A stretch of DNA of 63,904 nt, counting the filler, from Octopus bimaculoides (taxonomy: Eukaryota), in NCBI RefSeq assembly GCF_001194135.2. It is 5 parts of 5 records of this genome, joined end to end, with 100 filler letters (N's around TTAATTAATTAA, not from the genome) between each part and the next. Parts side by side here need not be neighbours in the genome. Positions count along the whole stretch, not along the records: positions 31,323 to 41,429 come from NC_069003.1; positions 41,530 to 56,203 come from NC_068981.1; 3 more parts are not named here. The stretch is one strand, 5' to 3'. Positions within the stretch are counted from its first letter, which is position 1, and each line of letters opens with the position of its first letter. Shown piece by piece: positions 38,159-49,855 of the stretch. The notes under the pieces were generated by a model. The model was given only the letters and a program-made list of their open reading frames with translations. It made no database searches and was not told the origin of the DNA. Position numbers and translations under genes: made by a program.

Positions 38159-40157
38159 AAGTTGGATGTTTCCCAGTTTTATTCATCTTGACCAACATCA
38201 TGACAAAAAAAAAAAAAAAATGAAAAATCAGATGGAAGCAAACACTTTTAATTTTTTTTGTCTTGGTTTTCTTCTGACCCTTCAAGAATTTCAAGAATAC
38301 CCTAGTACTGGGATTCTTAAAGTGAACACTACCACTTCTCATCCTCCCCAAATAATTCTCTATTTTTTTCAGAGGCTTGGGTGATATTTGTGACTATGAG
38401 ACTCTTAGGACTTGAGATTTATTCCTAAAGAGTATGAAAAGAACCAAATATTACAAGAATTTAATATCAACTGTGATCACATGATCAATTAAATACCAGT
38501 CAAATACAGGGCACCATTTCTTCTTCTTCCTCCCTTCCTCTTGTTCTTTTTCTTCTTGTTCACGTTCTGTTTTTCTTTTTCTTCTATATTATCACCTCCG
38601 TTATCTTTTTCTTCTTCCTCTTCTTTTTCTCCTTCTTTATCTCCTCTTCCCTCTCCTCCTTCTTCAGAATCAGCTACATGAAAGAACTAAGAAAGAGTTC
38701 AAATCCTGACCTCCTCTATCTTACTATCGTGTGGGGCACACAACAAAACACAAAAATGTCTTGTTATCAACATAGCTCCCTACACCTTCACAAGAAGGGC
38801 TCTGAATGGCAGAATCTGTAGAGAGTCTGAAAAAATATACAATGCAGTATTTAGTTATATTTTATTATGTTCTTAATTCAAATCACACCACAAACAACTT
38901 CTTTTTCTTTCATATTCCTAGGCTTCCCTGCAGAGAGAAAATAATTTTGTATGTTTTCATTATATTCTCAAAGTATTTGTATTATTTTCTATTTATTCTT
39001 TACAAGATATTTTTGCTGTCCTGAAATACATATTTTAAATACACTAACAGCAGTAGATATCTATCCATCTTTGTTCAAGTTAATTGTTGACCCAGGGCCA
39101 ATAAAACTGCCTGTGTCCCCCCCCCTGCGCTTCCCAAATTTATAGCCTTTTGTGCCGAAATTAGAAACCATTATTGTTATGTTACAAAGCAGCAGGTGGC
39201 AGAAATAGCAGGGCATCAACCAAAATGTTTTGTTCTGTTCTTTTATATTCTGCCTTAAAAAATCTCACTGGAATAGGGGTGATAAAAATAAACACCAATT
39301 CTAGTGAATCCTATATTTTCCTCAAAAATAGTTGACCTTGTTCCCATGATAGTTATCTATTATAAGTCACTGCATTATTTTAGTTTTAAATTTCATTTGT
39401 GAGATAAATAATTACTTTTTTTGTTGTTGTTGAAAACAACTAATCTTATTTTCTTTAATATTTATTTTGCAGTATGTAAGATACGTTAATGTAATGTAGT
39501 GATCACCCTCTACAATCTATGCAGCGCGGCGTTATAGGAGCTGAGCAGCGAAACAATGGGTTCCCTTATTGTTGTCAGTCTACCAAATCTGATAGTCATC
39601 TGAAACCATTTAGAAAGAAAATAATGCAATACATTCTATAAAAAGGCAACGAACCAATCGCTGTTGAAATAAGCTCCTTCCAATAACATTTGCAAATAAA
39701 AAAAAAAAAAGCAGAAACAAAACAAAAAACATTATAAAACTTTTCTGATCCTTTCAGAGTAAGAAATAATGAGAAATAAAAAAAATATTTTACACCATAA
39801 AAAAAGCCTTCAGTTTCATTCCTTTATTAGCTAGATATTAATTAGTATTAATTAATTTGTCAGAGTTACAACATAGGAGTTGAATTCTGTTATCTACTAG
39901 GCCCTGCTACAGTGACTTGAGATAGTAAATATGCTTGTTGTTTGTTTTGTTTTTGTGTTTTTTCCTTTTCATTTCAAAGAAAGAATTTTGGTGTCTTTAA
40001 GAGAGAGTAAATGTGTTTTTCCTTCTTCTGGGAGAATTGAAACCAAATTGTAGAGTTGGAAGAAAGTCTGTGGTACCACCCTATAGTTGCTGAAGATTCT
40101 GCATGTGTGTGTGTGTGTCTGTGTATACATAAATATATGGTAAGCATACACACATAA

Positions 40158-40214
<57 letters not shown>

Positions 40215-40423
40215 GGTATATAGTTATACATATATATACATATATATATCAATATATTATAAATTAACTACCAACAAAAATAATTGGTAAGCTAACTCAA
40301 AAAATCACCAAAATAGCAGAAAAAAACGACAGTGAAGGTATAAAGAATTCATTAAGAGACTTAATAAAACAAAATTTCTTTACACATCTTCAGGAATATA
40401 ACACCATAAAATTAATTTTTGCC

Positions 40424-41429
40424 TGGCTAAATCCGACATTGGGATTATTAGTAAAAGTATTTTGGATAGGTATATTCCTATTATAATTGATGGATTACAA
40501 TTGAATTTATGGTCTAGTACCGATCAGGTTATTGAGTGGTTTCGTTCTATTGAGAACAAAAGTAATGCTAAATTTATACAGTTTGATATTTCTATTTTTT
40601 TATGCTTCTATTAACCCTAGCGTACTTAATAAGAATATTTGGTTCTTTCATAACAAGGCAGGACTTACTAGGGATGAAATAGAAGTAGTGTTAGCTGCTC
40701 GGAAGTCCTTTATTTCTTTTAATGATAAGATTTGGATTCGTAAAGATACTCCTAATGCTTTCGATGTTCCTATGGGAAGTTCTGACTCAGTTCAAATAGC
40801 GGATGTTGTGGGTTCCTATATTTTGTATGAATTGGCTGATCAATTCCCTATGGTTAGGGGCGGTTTATATAGGTTATCTAGATTTTTTAATAGGGTGGGA
40901 ATGAGTGTCACTTACGATGATGATGTTTCGTTAGCTAATTATTTAGATGTGACACTTAATATAAAAAACGATACGTATCGACCGTACCATAAACCGTCTA
41001 CTAATCTGAAATATATAAGTAGATGAAGTTACCACCCTAGAAGTATTATTGATAATTTAGTTAAAAATATTTCGATTAGGCTTTCTAAGTTATCAGCTAA
41101 TCGTGTTGTTTTCGATAATGAAGCTCCTTTTTATAATGAAGCTTTAAATAGGGCTGGTTTTAGAGATAAGGTTTATTATGTTAAACCTGAATCTGGTGAG
41201 GTTAGAGTAGATAGGGATGTTAGGAATAATAAGGTTAGGTTGGTTAGGAGTAAAAAAAAAAAAATTATGATCATAGGTATACTCGTAATAATGTCATGCG
41301 TAATTCTAAATGTTTTAGGTATTTTGCAAAAGGCTTTAATATATTAATGATGGTTATCTTTGGTTTATTTTACCATTTGGTAAAAATGTTAAGTCGAATT
41401 TGGTAGCTCAGTTTAGGGAGGTAATTAGT
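40424..41429 (+). mobile_element. Penelope-like element RT/thumb fragment, inactive
   Basis: AKSDIGIISKSILD...LNLWSSTDQVIEWF, FDVPMGSSDSVQIADVVG, YLDVTLNIKNDTYRPYHKP, SYHPRSII, FYNEALNRAGF, WFILPFGKNVKSN. The catalytic YRDD segment is deleted and there is an in-frame TGA at 41024-26. Runs into an artificial gap. Confidence 0.8.
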
Positions 41430-42771
41430 NNNNNNNNNNNNNNNNNNNNNNNNNNNNNNNNNNNNNNNNNNNNTTAATTAATTAANNNNNNNNNNNNNNN
41501 NNNNNNNNNNNNNNNNNNNNNNNNNNNNNAATTTTCACTAGTCTCGCCCGTATGTTTTTGCTTCGCTAAATTTTTCTTTGAGAACTTTTCAGTGATCTTC
41601 TAGCACATTAGCAGTCCACTTAGTGGTCTCTTTTATATATACATATACAATAATCCTTTTGAGATCTCAGAAATTTTTTTCTGAATCTTCTGATTCTTTT
41701 AATGTGCTGGTTTCCTGGTATTAAATTGATATTAATTAATATCAAAATTTTTTGCCCTATTATTTTAATTATGTATGTATGTATGTATGTATGTATATAT
41801 GTGAGTGTGTGTGTGTGACAAAGAGTGGATGTGTGTGTAGGTAGGTAGGTTATTATATATGTATGTATACATCATTCTTTCTAACACTACCGTGAGAATC
41901 CGAGCCCACGTGACAGCGTCAAAATGTTATTCTTGTCACTCTTAAGAGAAATCGTTCAAGTCGTATTCAATTTAAACATGTTTATACGCTTTTCTTTGTC
42001 AATGACCATCCAAATAGTATTTTTTGTTGATATATTTGCCGGTGATACCATTTGAACTCAGAACATAAAGAACCGGAGCAAATGCTGCAAGTTATTTTTT
42101 TCTGACGCTCTAACGATTCTGCTCAGCTAAGTCCTGCCTTTGACAAACATTTCAGTTCTTTGGATATAACTGTCAAAATGTGATGCATCCATCAAATGAA
42201 ATTGAGCAGAACGGGCGTCTTTTTTTTCTTTTATGAAATGTCTAACTTTGAATGTTTGATCCTTAATCAAGCAAAAGTAATATGGTTCCGTTGAGAAAAC
42301 TCCCTTATCGTCATGGAATATTTATTGTTAAACACAGATATGAAAAAAAGAATCTGACTTGCATAATCTACCGAATAGAAATTTATTATTCAGAACCAAA
42401 TTACGAAAGAATGAGTTGTCGACTATATGAAGCAGCAAGGAACCTATGAAGGAATACACCAAAAAACATATCAAGGTGCCTTACAGTGGGATATCATAAA
42501 TTTATCTTTTTTACACATTTTTGTTACATAAAATAAAACAAACCTTCTTCTAATACATGACATATCATTAAGGGTACTGTTTGTTTCACTAAATATTAGA
42601 ACACTTCATTCGATGCAGGAAATTAATGTTTATTCATGCAGTAATTCTGACATGTCATGTGTATTGGCGTATCTCACAGTTCATTCTGTCATTTGGGTAA
42701 CTGTAAAGTCTTTGTGTTCATACAGGGTACCTAAAGACAAATCAACTTCTCTGAGACTTAATTATGGACAT

Positions 42772-42890
42772 GACGAGTTGGCAGAGTTGTTAGAGCGCCA
42801 AATAGAAAGGCTCGCAGTATTTATACCGATTCCCTGTGTACTAGGTTCAAATCTTGTCGAGGTCAATTTTTTCCTTTTATACTTTTGGGC
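42772..42890 (+). mobile_element. SINE head, same family as 60651 (decayed)
   Basis: gagttggcagagttgttagagcgcc...ggttcaaatcttgtcgaggtcaattttt. Confidence 0.55.
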
Positions 42891-44062
42891 AGTGGATTGA
42901 CAAAACCCAAATTGTTTGACTGGATGTCTTGCAGTATTTGCTGCAGTTCTTTGCACTGTAAGTTCAAATCTTACCACGGCCTACTTGGATGGTAGACTTA
43001 ATACATCACCTGATTTAATACCACCACTGGGTACCTAGAGTGCCTTTAACGAACTCCACTCTGTTGCAAGAATTCGCGCCAGTTCTCCAGTTTGAAAACA
43101 TCTTCCTCCTTCTCTCCCACCAGCTTCAGGGACACTATAAAAGAATTGTGAGAGATGCCTCTCCTCCTTACTAAAAGAAAAAAAGGAAAACAACTCACTA
43201 CTGTAGTCTAACAAATCACTAGAGTCAACGAAGGAATTTCTACAGGGTCGCTCAATTTGCTTAAAGTAGCAGTCGAATCGCCCTCAAAACTTGCCGTACC
43301 ATCACAAAAGAAAAAAATAGAATGCGTTGAATAATGTAGTTCTAGATACACTATGTCTGAAAATAGATAGGCTGATCACGGCTAGAACCTCTTTAATTAT
43401 AGGTCTGCTTGATCAGGTTTGCTCTGGCGCTACACAACAACAGTAACGAATACTTAACTTCACGAGTATTAAACAACCACAGTTATCTGTACCTTCACTT
43501 ACTTTCAATTGTCGTTGCTGTTGTTGTTTTGTTTAGCCCTAGGTTAAGCAAACCTATAATCAAAGACCATTCTGCTCTGATCATCCCGTCTTTTTAGAGG
43601 GGTGTGTCTGACTCTCTTATTAAATGTGTCACTTCCTTATTTAAGACCGAAGTGTGTGATTTGAAGGAGATTTGTCTGTTATTACCAACAGATCGAGCGA
43701 TCACTCAGAAGCTCCTTCTTCTTGATGACTTGTAGTTCCTATTTTATTGCTAGGTGAGTCTGGCTACTTTAAAAGTAATCATCTTGGTCATGGGTAAAAT
43801 GTAACGCCATTGGTGTGATACGAACTGATGGTGTTACGGCTGACACCTATTCAACCGGTATTTCTTTCCTTCCTTTCTTTCATCATTAAATCGACAAACG
43901 GTCCGCGGTAATTTCTTTGACAAGAACTGTGTTTGTCATGGAATTTTCGTGGGAGAATGCAAAGGTGGTTTTCTTTTAGTGTTTTTCACAAGAAACCATC
44001 TTCTCCATTGACTATACACAATAGAGAGAGAGTGAGAAGAAAGAAGAATCAGTTCCTATATT

Positions 44063-44212
44063 TGTCTGGTACTTTAATTATTGATTCCAAAGGGATAAAA
44101 ATCAAAGTTGACTTCGGCGGGATTTGAACTCAGAGCCTAGCGAACCGGAATAAATACTGCAAAAAGCATTTAAGCTGAAGCTGAAGCTCCAACCATTCTT
44201 CCAGCTCGCTAT
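44063..44212 (-). mobile_element. SINE, same family as 60651 (decayed)
   Basis: ctggtacttta...gttgacttcggcgggatttgaactcaga...ccagctcgc. Confidence 0.7.
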
Positions 44213-44483
44213 CTCCGTCTAGTTGTTAACAATCTAATAATTTTCATTCAGCAACCCATCATATTTCAGATTCCCTAAATGCAATTCCCATCCCTACTAA
44301 AATTTTCCAGACAACTCCTTCTTCAATACAATTCCTTTTCGTATGATTTTGTCAAAGGAGAAATAACAGTGCTTATGCCCCTTTCCATGGCGTCCGAGAA
44401 TGGTGGATTGAAAGAGAAGCTACGACTCATGTATTGTAGCATAAGGAAACATTGTACCAAAATATTCAGTTATCTACCCACAG

Positions 44484-44540
44484 ACTGGAAACCTTGTCTG
44501 ATGTTTACGACAGAGTGAACTCCACTAAAGATACACAAAG
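44484..44540 (+). CDS. Possible small exon (57 nt, phase 2-2)
   Basis: ttatctacccacAG acceptor and AAG|gttagg donor; open frame (R)LETLSDVYDRVNSTKDTQ, phase-compatible with 32095-32224. Supported by splice signals only. Confidence 0.3.
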
Positions 44541-45229
44541 GTTAGGCGCTGGTATTAAAAACAGAAGGCGGATTAAATCTACTATAGAAAATATATTAGA
44601 CAATATTTAACCGTTCTATCTTATCGGTTATCTTTCCATTTCGTTTCTAACATACAACTCAAGATTTAAAGATTAAGATTACCCCTATCCAAACAAATCT
44701 TAATATTCCAGCTTCTACACGTCTTGTCATTCAATATAACTTGCGTTATAGTTATTCTAAGTTCAGATTTTAGGCTCTGAAATTATTAAGTATAAAGATA
44801 TTTATCTATTTTAAAATTATATATAAAAAAAAACTAGGAGCAAAAATCAAAGGCGAATAAATAAACTTAATTTGTAGTCAGGGGATAAAAAAAAATCTAA
44901 AAAAAAAGTCAAGATTTTTTAAAATTGACTACACAAATATAGACATTGCATATCGACTACTCATCTTTAGAACATTTTTGTCTTATTTTTTGTATTTTTC
45001 CTTTGTCATTTGCTTTCGTTTTACTTCAAAATAAAGCTTTATTTTGTGTAACTATAACAGAATTTATTTATTTTCTATTTTCATTCTATATTATATCTTT
45101 TTATCCATTTCATATTTCTCTTTTTGTTTGTTTTTGTTTTTAGTTTTCTTAGTATGGATAATGTTTAGAAACAGTGAAGGACAACTTTCAAACATAACGA
45201 ATCCTTAGGGTCCAGGTGTTAATAGAAAC

Positions 45230-45350
45230 GACGCCAATCTGTCGTAGTATTGATTGGCTTAGCATGTGTAAAAGATCGTCAACATGGCGGCTCTGCTAAA
45301 ACGCCAGCCAATATTAACAGACCAGACGCCTGTGTTTGCTTAACATTGGC
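45230..45350. promoter_or_regulatory. Candidate promoter: four CCAAT boxes around a YY1-like motif
   Basis: CCAAT 45234-38, ATTGG 45253-57, CAACATGGCGGC 45280-91, CCAAT 45308-12, ATTGG 45345-49; locally CpG-rich. Confidence 0.4.
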
Positions 45351-45636
45351 TTCAGTACAGTTTTGTCAGTGGCACCATACGAAGTAAATTCATTTTTGTC
45401 AGTCTTTTGGTTTCTATGTGCGTGCGAATGAGTGTCTGCGCGCGCAAGCGAGCGTGTGTGTATGTGTGTATCTGTAACTGTGTCTATCTGCACTATAGTA
45501 TTCGGTTGAGTGCATGCGTAAGCGCACGCGTATTCTTAAATGTGTGCACAAACAGTATGACGCAAACAGTGTAGACATCAATGCGCGCGCCTGTGTGTAT
45601 AGATATACAGATATATAAATATATATACACGTATAA

Positions 45637-45676
<40 letters not shown>

Positions 45677-45876
45677 NNNNNNNNNNNNNNNNNNNNNNNN
45701 NNNNNNNNNNNNNNNNNNNNNNNNNNNNNNNNNNNNNNNNNNNNNNNNNNNNNNNNNNNNNNNNNNNNNNNNNNNNNNNNNNNNNNNNNNNNNNNNNNNN
45801 NNNNNNNNNNNNNNNNNNNNNATATATACATGTACATATATATATACGTATATATATACATACATACATGCATACA

Positions 45877-45907
<31 letters not shown>

Positions 45908-47617
45908 CTGTCAAGAAGTTTATCTATGAGCATATGAACAGAGAAGAGTTGTGTTTGGGTGTACGTGTATGTGTGTGCATGTGCGTATGTGTGAGCGTGC
46001 ATATGTATGTGTGTGTGTATGTGCGCGCGCATTTGCATGCGTGCATGTGTGTGCGTGCGTGTGTGTGCGTGCGTGTGTGTGTGTATGTGCGTATAACTCC
46101 TGCTTTCCCCCCACCCCCAACTAAACCATTTGATTTTACCAAACAACAGAGTAATATATTCTCTTATTGACGCTGTCTTTATCACAGCTATTCAGTTATT
46201 GTGATGCTATTGTGCTGGTTTATGCACTTCACCGCCCACCTCTCCACAAACACACTCTTTCTGAATGTATAGGAATTTCTGGGAATTATTTGCCGAAATT
46301 CTTGACTCCTAATTTCTCCTCTTTTCATTTCTTACTCTTCTGTCCTGCACGAAACACACTCTTTTATCTCTTCCCTTTTCTATTAGTCACTGATCCTTTC
46401 CTCTCCCTCTCACTCTCACTCTCACTCTCACTCTATCTCTTCTCCCTTCTCCCTTCTCCCTCTACTTTTCTCTTTTCTCTCCCTTCTCCCTTTCTTATTC
46501 TCTCTTTCTGTATTTCTGTATGTTAATATGTTTATATATATATATATATATATATATNNNNNNNNNNNNNNNNNNNNNNNNNNNNNNNNNNNNNNNNNNN
46601 NNNNNNNNNNNNNNNNNNNNNNNNNNNNNNNNNNNNNNNNNNNNNNNNNNNNNNNNNNNNNNNNNNNNNNNNNNNNNNNNNNNNNNNNNNNNNNNNNNNN
46701 NNNNNNNNNNNNNNNNNNNNNNNNNNNNNNNNNNNNNNNNNNNNNNNNNNNNNNNNNNNNNNNNNNNNNNNNNNNNNNNNNNNNNNNNNNNNNNNNNNNN
46801 NNNNNNNNNNNNNNNNNNNNNNNNNNNNNNNNNNNNNNNNNNNNNNNNNNNNNNNNNNNNNNNNNNNNNNNNNNNNNNNNNNNNNNNNNNNNNNNNNNNN
46901 NNNNNNNNNNNNNNNNNNNNNNNNNNNNNNNNNNNNNNNNNNNNNNNNNNNNNNNNNNNNNNNNNNNNNNNNNNNNNNNNNNNNNNNNNNNNNNNNNNNN
47001 NNNNNNNNNNNNNNNNNNNNNNNNNNNNNNNNNNNNNNNNNNNNNNNNNNNNNNNNNNNNNNNNNNNNNNNNNNNNNNNNNNNNNNNNNNNNNNNNNNNN
47101 NNNNNNNNNNNNNNNNNNNNNNNNNNNNNNNNNNNNNNNNNNNNNNNNNNNNNNNNNNNNNNNNNNNNNNNNNNNNNNNNNNNNNNNNNNNNNNNNNNNN
47201 NNNNNNNNNNNNNNNNNNNNNNNNNNNNNNNNNNNNNNNNNNNNNNNNNNNNNNNNNNNNNNNNNNNNNNNNNNNNNNNNNNNNNNNNNNNNNNNNNNNN
47301 NNNNNNNNNNNNNNNNNNNNNNNNNNNNNNNNNNNNNNNNNNNNNNNNNNNNNNNNNNNNNNNNNNNNNNNNNNNNNNNNNNNNNNNNNNNNNNNNNNNN
47401 NNNNNNNNNNNNNNNNNNNNNNNNNNNNNNNNNNNNNNNNNNNNNNNNNNNNNNNNNNNNNNNNNNNNNNNNNNNACATACATACATACATACATACATA
47501 CATGCATACATGCGTACATGCATACATACATACATCACATATCTACCTGCCTATTTATTTATCTATCCATTTATTTATTTATGGATATATAGCTATATAG
47601 ACAGACATATAGACATG

Positions 47618-47688
<71 letters not shown>

Positions 47689-48336
47689 CAATATGCATAC
47701 AATCATTCGTGCATACTACATACATACATACATACATACATACATACATACATACATACATACATACATACATACGTACGTACGTACGTACATACTATCA
47801 CTCAGAATACCCTTGTACTGTCTGTTCTGACCTCCTACACTTGGCTTTTTGAGCTGGTCGCATACAACAAGTGAGAAACTGTGTTACTGAAAATCTAAAC
47901 AAACGAAGATGTAAATAATATACTTCTCTTATAAAAAGTCGTCATGGCCTTAAAGCGATAATGGTCTTACATGAAGGGTGATTTGCAGCTCTGAAACATC
48001 AGCCAATCGATTGAGTTGCAAGTATTCAACCCCAATTCACTCACAGATGCTCTGTGTCGCCTCGCTTCTTGTTCTATTGCTACTGCTATGACCACTGCTC
48101 TTACTCATCTATTTTCCATCCATTGCCCTTTTCCTTACCAAGTCCATTACCCTTATTGTGTGATATCACCTCACAGCCCCTAGCTCCTGTATTAAACAAT
48201 TCTCCCAATTACCCCACCAGAATTGTCTGTCTTGAATTTCCTTCTCTGATGTGGGGTTTTTTTTTTCTACATACACAGACCTACAAATGTTGTGGCTAAA
48301 CATCAGTCACAAACATTCAGCATCCCCTTGCGATAT

Positions 48337-48660
48337 ATTGGGTTCAGGAATAATTCATGAGCGTTTTACTTCTGCGCGCAGAAGTAAAACGCATTGGCAA
48401 AATGTTTTGTTATTTAAAAGAGATAGTGTGTTTTGATTTTTAAATTTTATTGATTTTTGTGTATTTTCAGGTCATTAAAATAGAATGCCAAGTGGACAAA
48501 ACTGAGCATTTTGGACACCATTTGCTCTTTGCATTTAATTGAGGTGTTGACCGCTGGAGCTTCTCGTGGGATTTGTGCTCTGTATAGAGGAGCAATACCT
48601 CAAAGTACTACCCGTCGTTGGTTTTCGCGCTTCAAAAATGGGAATTTTGACCTCAAGTTC
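48337..48660 (+). mobile_element. 5' fragment of a related mariner element
   Basis: TIR-like start tattgggttcaggaataattc and a decayed N-terminus (ECQVDKTEHFGHHLLFAFN*...RRWFSRFKNGNFDL), homologous to the 54629 transposase start. Confidence 0.75.
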
Positions 48661-48679
48661 TAATGTAAATTGTCAATCC

Positions 48680-49855
48680 ATTACAGTAATTACGTTTCAA
48701 AATGACCATCTTTCACCTGAAATCATAACCTGCAAACGAGTGGTCACTGAGTTGCATGAGCGCTGTACCACTTCATCCAACTTGACCCGTGAAAACAGTA
48801 GGGCTTTCTTCAGATCTGACCCATTTGAATAAGAGCAAGCAGAAACATTACTCTCTAAGATGGATCAGATAACAAGGTCCATGGGATTGATGTCTGGACT
48901 TGAGGGAGGCCATATTGTCTTGTCCCAAAAACCGCTGAAAAGCTCTTTGCACCACCCCTGTGTCAAATTGGATGCATGGGCCTTGAGTGAAGATGTAACG
49001 GTCACTAAATGTTTCTGTGACCCAGGGTAACACTTTTTCATCCAACATTTCCACACAAACTTTACTGTTGACCTTGGCGCCAGCATCGATGAAGATCAAA
49101 AGAGATTTGGACCCATCAGATGCAACTGCAGCCCACACTATGAGTAAAGCTGGCTTCTGACGACGTAACTGACTCCTGCTTCCTTCGGACAAATTTCTTG
49201 CATTACATACATAAAAAGCTGTCATTCTGCCTGATGGTAACTGCCTCCACGGTGAAGATTTTCTCGTCGGACCAGATCAATACTTTGTTGGCGCGCTTCA
49301 TCTCAGCTGACATGGGTTTACCCCTGTCGAGCCGTTTCTTCTTGGAAGCTGCTGAAATTAACTACCAGGATTGTTTCTTGTATGCAGTTAGCTTTAAATC
49401 CTCTTTAAAATCTTATTCATTGACGATCTCGAAATATCAAGAGCTTTTACAGTTTTTCTTGCACATCTGCGGGGATTTCGGTTCATTCGCTTCTTCACAG
49501 CTTCAACAGTTTGTTTGATACGAAATTATTGTTTTCTACTAGGGATTGGTTTGATAGAGGTAGTAGCGGACTTCATATATCGTTTTCAGGTATTGAACAT
49601 TGTTTTACGGCACATATTCAACTGTTTTGTTACGTCCTTGTTGCTCAATCCATTTGTTTTCAAAGCGACAATCTGGTTACGTTTTGCTTTCGATACCATG
49701 TTTATTTACAAACCTGTTATAGACGAACGAAACAATAGACACATGAACAAAGAACATATGCAAATCTTTATGTAAGATGTAGATAATATTACCGGAACTG
49801 ATATTCTTTAGGAAAAGTTTTAAACATGGGTAAATCTTTCTGGGACACCCTATAA
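48680..49855 (-). mobile_element. Decayed Tc1/mariner DD37D (maT-type) element
   Basis: VWAAVASDG...YIFTQ...SNLTQGWCKELFSGFWDKTIWPPSSPDINPMD; one TIR-like end (ctgggacaccctata) near 49841-55; frameshifted; left end not found. Confidence 0.8.

Noticed and set aside
45284-45343. ATG within the YY1-like motif as a translation start
   Set aside because: It stops after 19 codons.
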